From contig JBNKPU010000012.1 in assembly GCA_050295515.1 (NCBI GenBank), forward strand, positions 25,025 to 89,024: DNA of 64,000 nucleotides, written 5' to 3'. The translations under genes were made by a program, and so were the position numbers. Positions 58,447-64,000 of this stretch are shown here, one piece after another. The stretch comes from Bacteroidales bacterium. Its GTDB lineage: Bacteria > Bacteroidota > Bacteroidia > Bacteroidales > UBA10428. Below the pieces are notes generated by a model. That model was not told the DNA's origin and ran no database searches. It worked only from the letters and a program-made list of their open reading frames with translations. The stretch's first letter is position 1; each line of letters begins with the position of its first letter.

Positions 58447-59865
58447 TTAAGCATGCAATGCCTCTATTTCCTTTAGTTTGGAAATTTTATACAATGGGTA
58501 AGTACAAGAGAAAATTACCATTAAGGCTACAATTACACTTTGCCATAGCATATATGTATCTGGGAAAGCAAGAGGCATTACAGCTTCAAATCCCATATCT
58601 TCCATGATCTGGGCCATGTCACCAGTTAGGCGGATAGGATTATAGTAATAGTAAAAGATAAGGGGCAGGCTAATTACAGAACCGGCCAGAACTCCAAGCA
58701 GTCCCATAAGAATCATTTCATAGACCATGATTATTGCCAGCCTTGTTTTTTGCATTCCAATCGATACCAAGACACCAAACTCCCGGTAACGTTCATGAAT
58801 CATCATTAGCACTGTTCCAAAAATCCCAAAGAATATTATGAAATAGAGTAGCCCGAGAAAGATCATGCCACTCTTATTGTCGCTATCGATTTGTTGCCAC
58901 AACACTTTGTTAAATTCTTTCCAGTCTCGAATTGTTAGGTCATTTTTGTCAAGAATTTCGTTCAACGTGTTTTTTGCCAGCGCCATTCCCTTATCTGAGT
59001 TGTTGTCAAGGTTTATGGATACACTTGTTAGGTTACCTCCAAGTCCGGAAAAATATTGGATGTTTGACAAGTCGGCAAAAACCAGTTTATTGTTCAACTC
59101 GGGATTGGCCATCTTTATAAGTCCGCGCACGGGGAACAACCCTGCAGCCGTTGCTCCATGGTATCCTTGTCCAAAAAGGATTAAGGTATCCCCAACTCCA
59201 ATGCGCAGATATTGGGCCAGTTTTTCTGACAATAGCGCTCCATCATCACCCTCTACTAAATATCGCCCTTCAAATGAACTGATTTTTGCAATTTCGTCCA
59301 GGGTGACTTGATCATCCTGTTCGTCCAGTTCAAGGTCCATTGCAATGGTTCCGGTGTTTGTATAAGACTTGTTTTCGATGTCTTTTATCTTGATCTTTAG
59401 CTCTGCGCTTAATTTGTCGTTTTTTAATAGAGCTTCAACAGCATCTTTAGTTATTTTGTAGTGGATCAACATGTTTTCAGGATCCGAGAGTTCTTTTTCT
59501 TTCTCCGGATCGATCCCTAAAATAAGGCTGCCTTTGGTATGGTTTCCACTTGATGCCAGCGCAAAAGTTTGTACCCTGGGCACGACAGCCTTAATGCCTT
59601 CAGTTTTTTCAATGACTTTCAAGGTTGAATCGCTCAAAAAGAAGGTATTATCGAGGGATGGGTCGTCCTGGTAGTTGAGGTTTTGAATTTGAAGAAAACC
59701 AGAGTACGACTCAATAGCATTCTCTATCATGTGGTTGTAAAAACCTAACTGGTAGGCCCGCATAATAATTGCGAAGAATACGGCGAAAAATATGGATGCG
59801 CCAGTAATGACAGTCCTTCGTCTGTTTCTCCACAAATTACGCCAGGCTATTTTGAATAAGTTCAT
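58447..59865 (-). CDS. ABC transporter permease, FtsX/MacB/LolC-E-like (second copy)
   Basis: 472 aa with the same architecture. N-terminal FKIAWRNLWRNRRRT. Confidence 0.85.
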   Translation of the reverse strand: MNLFKIAWRNLWRNRRRTVITGASIFFAVFFAIIMRAYQLGFYNHMIENAIESYSGFLQIQNLNYQDDPSLDNTFFLSDSTLKVIEKTEGIKAVVPRVQTFALASSGNHTKGSLILGIDPEKEKELSDPENMLIHYKITKDAVEALLKNDKLSAELKIKIKDIENKSYTNTGTIAMDLELDEQDDQVTLDEIAKISSFEGRYLVEGDDGALLSEKLAQYLRIGVGDTLILFGQGYHGATAAGLFPVRGLIKMANPELNNKLVFADLSNIQYFSGLGGNLTSVSINLDNNSDKGMALAKNTLNEILDKNDLTIRDWKEFNKVLWQQIDSDNKSGMIFLGLLYFIIFFGIFGTVLMMIHERYREFGVLVSIGMQKTRLAIIMVYEMILMGLLGVLAGSVISLPLIFYYYYNPIRLTGDMAQIMEDMGFEAVMPLAFPDTYMLWQSVIVALMVIFSCTYPLYKISKLKEIEALHA

Positions 59866-59969
59866 TGTATTAAATTTATAGGTGTACTATTTTATATAGA
59901 ACTAATTTTCTAATTCTACATTCTACCAGCACCAGCTTAAGCTTCGTCTGGAAGGTATTCTGTATTGGA

Positions 59970-60731
59970 TCATCTTATCCTTTTCATATTCTGTTGTGAG
60001 AAGAAGGAGTCTTCAATCGGAATGTTGAATTTAATTTCTTTCATGACAACTACTGTTTTATTGCCTTCTTCATCGGCAGGGATCAATTCAAATTTGGAAG
60101 GGATGTACCTACCATCCATATCTTTGAAATCCATGCCGATTTCAGTTTTAACAAGATAGCCATCCTCATCGTAATATTCTGTTTTTGTACCTATCTCATG
60201 TTCTTTTGAAATCCACATGATTATCTTGCCCCACACAACTGGAGCATCAGGTTTTGGCAGCAGTTCAATCTTATAACTGTTCTCGCCGGAAATAACTTCT
60301 TCACCAATAGTTTTGTGGGTATAGTCTACGACAATAGACCTTTGGTTTAGTAAATCGTCATTGGTAAAGTCTGAGCTCATCCATCCCTGCGAAAGCATGG
60401 AGGTAGGAAGTTTAATAATCCTGCTTATCTGAGGGTTCCAACTCCACATATCCCTGTCGAGCTTTAGAAAGCTTTGTCCCTTTTCTTTTGCAGGAGAAAG
60501 AATATAAACCAGGGAGTTTTCAGTACCCTTGCTCCAGCTTTTAAAGGTGATGGTTCGTTCCCAACTTGGGCGGACAATTTTCATATCCATTACACTGTAA
60601 CTCGATTTTTCACCACGCATTTTATCGTCAGCGCGTTTGACGATTTCTGTTGCATCCTGTGCTTTAATAGGTATTAAAAAAGCGCCCAATAACAGCAGTA
60701 CGGTAAATGATTGTTTTTGTAGTGTTTTCAT
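59970..60731 (-). CDS. periplasmic LolA-like outer-membrane lipoprotein-sorting protein family
   Basis: Signal peptide. Blocks KMRGEKSSYSVMDMKIVRPSWERTITFKSW..SLVYILSPAKEKGQSFLKLDRDMWSWNPQISRIIKLP resemble the LolA-like/TP_0789-type family as I recall it. Confidence 0.65.
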   Translation of the reverse strand: MKTLQKQSFTVLLLLGAFLIPIKAQDATEIVKRADDKMRGEKSSYSVMDMKIVRPSWERTITFKSWSKGTENSLVYILSPAKEKGQSFLKLDRDMWSWNPQISRIIKLPTSMLSQGWMSSDFTNDDLLNQRSIVVDYTHKTIGEEVISGENSYKIELLPKPDAPVVWGKIIMWISKEHEIGTKTEYYDEDGYLVKTEIGMDFKDMDGRYIPSKFELIPADEEGNKTVVVMKEIKFNIPIEDSFFSQQNMKRIR

Positions 60732-60761
60732 TTGTAACTAAGTTTAATACTGTTAACTATT

Positions 60762-61229
60762 TTAGTGCTTTATATCAAGGTCTAACCGTGAGGCAATTTC
60801 TTGGGTTGCGTTTTTTGCATCGTCCAGATTTTTAATGTACATCAGCGGCATTAGCTTTACGTTTTTATCGTTGTAGAGTACAATTTCATACTGATGCGTT
60901 TTGATATCCAGGGCCCTGTTGCCCCTGCTGTACGTTCGGAAAACTTTGTTATTTCTAAGTATGTCAATGTACATATCCTGATTAACATCCAGCCATTTAC
61001 CAAACTTAAAAATTCCTGCAAGGTTATTCGAGAACCGCACCTTTTTATTTTGGAAATCTATTGTGGTTGAACTATGGGTGTATCCAATAAAAAGCCCTAA
61101 AGGTATCAGCAGCAGGGCTGAAAGTTCAATAAATGTCAAGCCAATACCAGCAAGCAACAGAAAGAGTCCTACCAACGATCCTACAGGACCAAAAAATTTA
61201 TCAAAACGGTTGACTGTTATTGTTTTCAT
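60762..61229 (-). CDS. hypothetical 2-TM membrane protein
   Basis: 155 aa clean ORF, 6 nt downstream of the TetR gene. Two N-terminal TM segments plus a soluble tail. Confidence 0.5.
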   Translation of the reverse strand: MKTITVNRFDKFFGPVGSLVGLFLLLAGIGLTFIELSALLLIPLGLFIGYTHSSTTIDFQNKKVRFSNNLAGIFKFGKWLDVNQDMYIDILRNNKVFRTYSRGNRALDIKTHQYEIVLYNDKNVKLMPLMYIKNLDDAKNATQEIASRLDLDIKH

Positions 61230-61235
61230 GACGGA

Positions 61236-61811
61236 TTATTTATACATGTTGTGCAATTTGGCTTTTATGCCATCTAATGGGAATCCTTTGGGGTTCATTA
61301 CAAAGTTCAGGCAAATACCGTCAAGCATGGCCCCAAAGAATGTTACTTCAGTTTCCGGATCTTTAAAGCCTTTCTTTTTAAAATAGTTGTATGTAATGGC
61401 CATAAAAGGTTGAAGCAGCTTCATTAGGTCTTTTTCGATAAGTTTGTAAACTTCGGGCTGGAACATGATCATGAAATATAGGCGCCAAAATTTAAAATCT
61501 GATTTGATGATTCGGAAAGTTTCATCAATCAGGAAATGAAGCTCATCATCTGTCAATACTCCATCTTTATTTGGATCGAAAGCTTTGGCGAATTCTTTGA
61601 ATCCATCCATCATGATCTCAAGAATAAGTTCTTCTTTACTATCGAAATAGTTATACATTAGACCTTTTGAGATTTTTGCACTTGAAGCAATTTTTGAAAT
61701 TGTAATGTTAGAAAATCCCTGCTGGGCTATAAGTTCAAGGGCAACTTTTCTGATTTGCTCTTTTCGCTCTTCCCTGATAACTTCGAATTGTTGTTCTGTT
61801 CGTGGTGCCAT
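61236..61811 (-). CDS. TetR/AcrR family transcriptional regulator
   Basis: N-terminal HTH IRKVALELIAQQGFSNITISKIASSAKISKGLMYNYFDSKEEL. 191 aa. Confidence 0.9.
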   Translation of the reverse strand: MAPRTEQQFEVIREERKEQIRKVALELIAQQGFSNITISKIASSAKISKGLMYNYFDSKEELILEIMMDGFKEFAKAFDPNKDGVLTDDELHFLIDETFRIIKSDFKFWRLYFMIMFQPEVYKLIEKDLMKLLQPFMAITYNYFKKKGFKDPETEVTFFGAMLDGICLNFVMNPKGFPLDGIKAKLHNMYK

Positions 61812-61827
61812 ACCGTTTATTTATTAA

Positions 61828-61843
61828 GACTGAACGTTCAGTC
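61828..61843. promoter_or_regulatory. perfect 16-bp palindrome GACTGAACGTTCAGTC, candidate TetR operator
   Basis: Read directly. Lies 17-32 nt upstream of the TetR ATG, nested in a second inverted repeat (AAGACT...AGTCTT). Confidence 0.5.
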
Positions 61844-61862
61844 AATGAATAAGTCTTATAAA

Positions 61863-61878
61863 AAGCGGCCTGCCGCTT
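61863..61878 (-). terminator. GC-rich hairpin, probable terminator of the PadR operon
   Basis: aagcggCCTGccgctt has a 6-bp stem and a tetraloop, flanked by an A-run (T-run on the minus strand) and by cttt gttttt on the plus strand. About 250 nt downstream of the stop at 62132. Confidence 0.4.
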
Positions 61879-61890
61879 CTTTGTTTTTGA

Positions 61891-61906
61891 TTGAACGTTT
61901 GTTCAA
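61891..61906. promoter_or_regulatory. second TGAAC-type inverted repeat TTGAAC-gttt-GTTCAA
   Basis: Shares the GAACG half-site with the palindrome at 61828..61843. Confidence 0.25.
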
Positions 61907-62131
61907 AGATAAAACCTGAAAATATAAAAGTCAAGAAAAACCGCAAAAAATTTTAAAAACATGTTGAAAAATCATAATAATTGGTTTAAGCTAATATAGA
62001 GATAGAGCAATAAAAATAGGGTGATGGACAGCACAGCATTAATAATGCTGGAATCCATGCACCCTTTTGTTTGTAGAATAATGAATTACTCCAAATTATA
62101 CATCAGGAATAAACCCTGAGGCTAAAAAGGA

Positions 62132-63346
62132 TTAATATTCAGGAGCATCTTTATTGGCAAGTTGATATCGAAGCACTTCATATTCAACCAGATCAATGTT
62201 TTTTTGTAATTCTTGAAGACTGGTATATATTTCGACATTGCTTCTTTGAAATTTTCTTTCTAACCAGGTTCTTTTAAAATTCCCTATTTGATATTCTCCA
62301 GTGTAGAAAAGGCTATTTACAAAATCAGTTAATATTTTGTTCGCTCCGACTAGTAATAAAACCTCCTGACGATAGTTTTCGACTTGTTCCTGCAGCTTTA
62401 TAAATCGGGGATCATAGGCACCTTCGATCATTGATCTATGGTGTATATCTGAATTTAGATCATAAATGTCTTTCTTACCGTTAAGTATTAAAGACTTGTA
62501 AGATTCGATCTTTTCGTTCAATTCATTATTCAATTGATGAACTTCAGAGATGTTACTTCTTGTCAGGGTGCTATCCATTAAAAGTGTCTGAATACTTTTT
62601 GTATAATAATCAGCTTCTTGCACCAAATCTTCATAGGCATAGACATTGCTTATTCTCCTGGAACTATTAATGTTTGTAACCGTTATAAAGCCAATAAAAA
62701 ACAGACTGAAGATTGCCAAGGCAAGGTTAACAATCCTGTTTTGTTCTGATCTTATTATTTTAAAAAACAAAAATGGATAAAAGACCAGGAAAATCAATAT
62801 CATGCTTAACCTTACAAATTCTCCGGCACCTGGCCAGTGCATAAGTTTAAACAGCATGGCAGCACTGGTTACAACAAAGGTTATAAAGCCAATTAAATAA
62901 ATCAGAAAACTGATGGAAGACACTTTCAGACCTAAATCCTTTCGCAGATTTAGCAAAGCTGTAGGGAAAAATCCCAGGATCAAAACTATAAAACCAAAAA
63001 ATAAAATTAGACTAGCTCCGGCAAGGTGCCACATCTTCATTACCAAACCGACAGCTAAAAGTATGCTGCCAATAATGGCCATTACATTCATAAATTTTTT
63101 CATCACTTTAAGATTAAGTTTAACATAAAAGATTGTTGCTTCCTGAATATCTTTTAATCCGTTAAATCCTATCTTACTAAATACTTCTTTATATGCATGT
63201 TTATAATCAAGACCACAATCGATCTTGTATTCAATTTCGCAGCAAATATGATCCAACAAATCATCAGCCAAATGTGAATAGTGAATTTCCTGGCCTTTAA
63301 TTTCTTGCTCAATCTGCAATATCTGTTCTTGGTCTAAGGTGTACAT
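62132..63346 (-). CDS. membrane protein partner of PadR (N-terminal cytoplasmic helical domain, ~6 TM, C-terminal coiled region)
   Basis: 404 aa. LADDLLDHICCEIEYKIDCGLDYKHAYKEVFSKIGFNGLKDIQEAT is the helical module commonly encoded after PadR genes. The start overlaps the PadR stop by 13 nt. Confidence 0.55.
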   Translation of the reverse strand: MYTLDQEQILQIEQEIKGQEIHYSHLADDLLDHICCEIEYKIDCGLDYKHAYKEVFSKIGFNGLKDIQEATIFYVKLNLKVMKKFMNVMAIIGSILLAVGLVMKMWHLAGASLILFFGFIVLILGFFPTALLNLRKDLGLKVSSISFLIYLIGFITFVVTSAAMLFKLMHWPGAGEFVRLSMILIFLVFYPFLFFKIIRSEQNRIVNLALAIFSLFFIGFITVTNINSSRRISNVYAYEDLVQEADYYTKSIQTLLMDSTLTRSNISEVHQLNNELNEKIESYKSLILNGKKDIYDLNSDIHHRSMIEGAYDPRFIKLQEQVENYRQEVLLLVGANKILTDFVNSLFYTGEYQIGNFKRTWLERKFQRSNVEIYTSLQELQKNIDLVEYEVLRYQLANKDAPEY

Positions 63347-63693
63347 AAACCTAAAGATGCATTAGGCCTGAACAACAGGCTGAGGGTATTGATAAACTCA
63401 TTCATCTCCGATAGTTTCTCGGAAGTCTTTTTTGAACCTTTTGGTGTGAGTTTATAGTAAATCCGATTGCGATTGTTCACAACCTCTTGCTCGGTTATTA
63501 CAGTCCCATCTTTTTCAAGTTTGTGCAAGATGGGATAAAGTGCCCCGAATGTCAAGGCGATTTTCCCCTGGCTGACTTCTTCAACCTTTTGGGTGATTTC
63601 GTAGCCGTACATTCGCCCATTTTCTTTTAAAAGTTTCATCACAATGGGCTTAAGTGATCCTTTTAGCAATTCTGCCGATATTTTATTTTCCAT
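63334..63693 (-). CDS. PadR family transcriptional regulator
   Basis: LKGSLKPIVMKLLKENGRMYGYEITQKVEEVSQGKIALTFGALYPILHKLEKDGTV is a winged HTH. ATG at 63693 preferred to the upstream alternative start at 63774. Confidence 0.9.
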   Translation of the reverse strand: MENKISAELLKGSLKPIVMKLLKENGRMYGYEITQKVEEVSQGKIALTFGALYPILHKLEKDGTVITEQEVVNNRNRIYYKLTPKGSKKTSEKLSEMNEFINTLSLLFRPNASLGLCTP

Positions 63694-63716
63694 ATATATA
63701 AATAACTTATATATTA

Positions 63717-63724
63717 CAAATATA
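63717..63724 (-). promoter_or_regulatory. -7 box TAtaTTTG upstream of padR
   Basis: Plus-strand caaatata is tatatttg on the minus strand, 23 nt upstream of the ATG at 63693. Confidence 0.3.
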
Positions 63725-64000
63725 TTATATAATGTAAAGAAAAAAAATCCAAAAGAACTAAGCAGGAAGCACAAGGCTGGAAATTAGCAGTATAAATTGT
63801 GGTGCGAAACATATACTACTCAATAAATCCCCATAGAAACATAGAGGTGCAGAGGAATACAAGTTCAAAACCGGAAGTTGATATTTTGAGCTTTTAAAGT
63901 GGGTAAATAAAATCCATGTAGAAAGTTTATCGGATTTAAACCCGGATTATGTATTAGAACTTCGTTATGAAGGTTGAAAGTGCAAAAATAGAAGGACTTG

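Overview
Chromosomal window from a low-GC Bacteroidota-type genome, judged from T9SS components, a SusC-like receptor fragment and TAnnTTTG -7 promoter boxes. I call about 60 protein genes and one tRNA-Arg(CCT). Housekeeping genes: tyrS and glyQS; an F-type ATP synthase split into atpZ/B/E/F/H/A/G (minus strand) and atpD/C (plus strand); yceD-rpmF-plsX-fabH; a membrane pyrophosphatase; a CDF transporter. Accessory and envelope content: (1) a Wzz-like plus O-antigen-ligase-like pair directly after tyrS; (2) a cytoplasmic GH16-fold protein with a degenerate catalytic motif; (3) a four-gene operon with a phage-tail-fibre-like 991-aa secreted repeat protein, a type-B-CTD protein, PorP/SprF and a TPR/PD40 protein; (4) an 18.5-kb glycan locus starting 0 nt after glyQS, containing wecC/wecB, a bi-domain oxidoreductase, a LegB/LegC/NeuD/PtmE-like module without sialic-acid-type synthase genes, two uncharacterised ORFs, Wzx, a YfhO-family GT-C protein and a second 2-epimerase; (5) a TetR-headed cluster of a LolA-like protein, two FtsX permeases, an ABC ATPase and an OM beta-barrel; (6) a PadR plus membrane-protein pair. 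I see no CRISPR array, rRNA, transposase, integrase, reverse transcriptase or recognisable defence gene. No single feature is demonstrably a new system. The best candidates are the split tail-fibre/T9SS operon, the truncated legionaminic-acid-like module with its two unknown ORFs and YfhO, and the Lol-like trans-envelope cluster. All family assignments rest on motif recognition by eye and need HMM confirmation.
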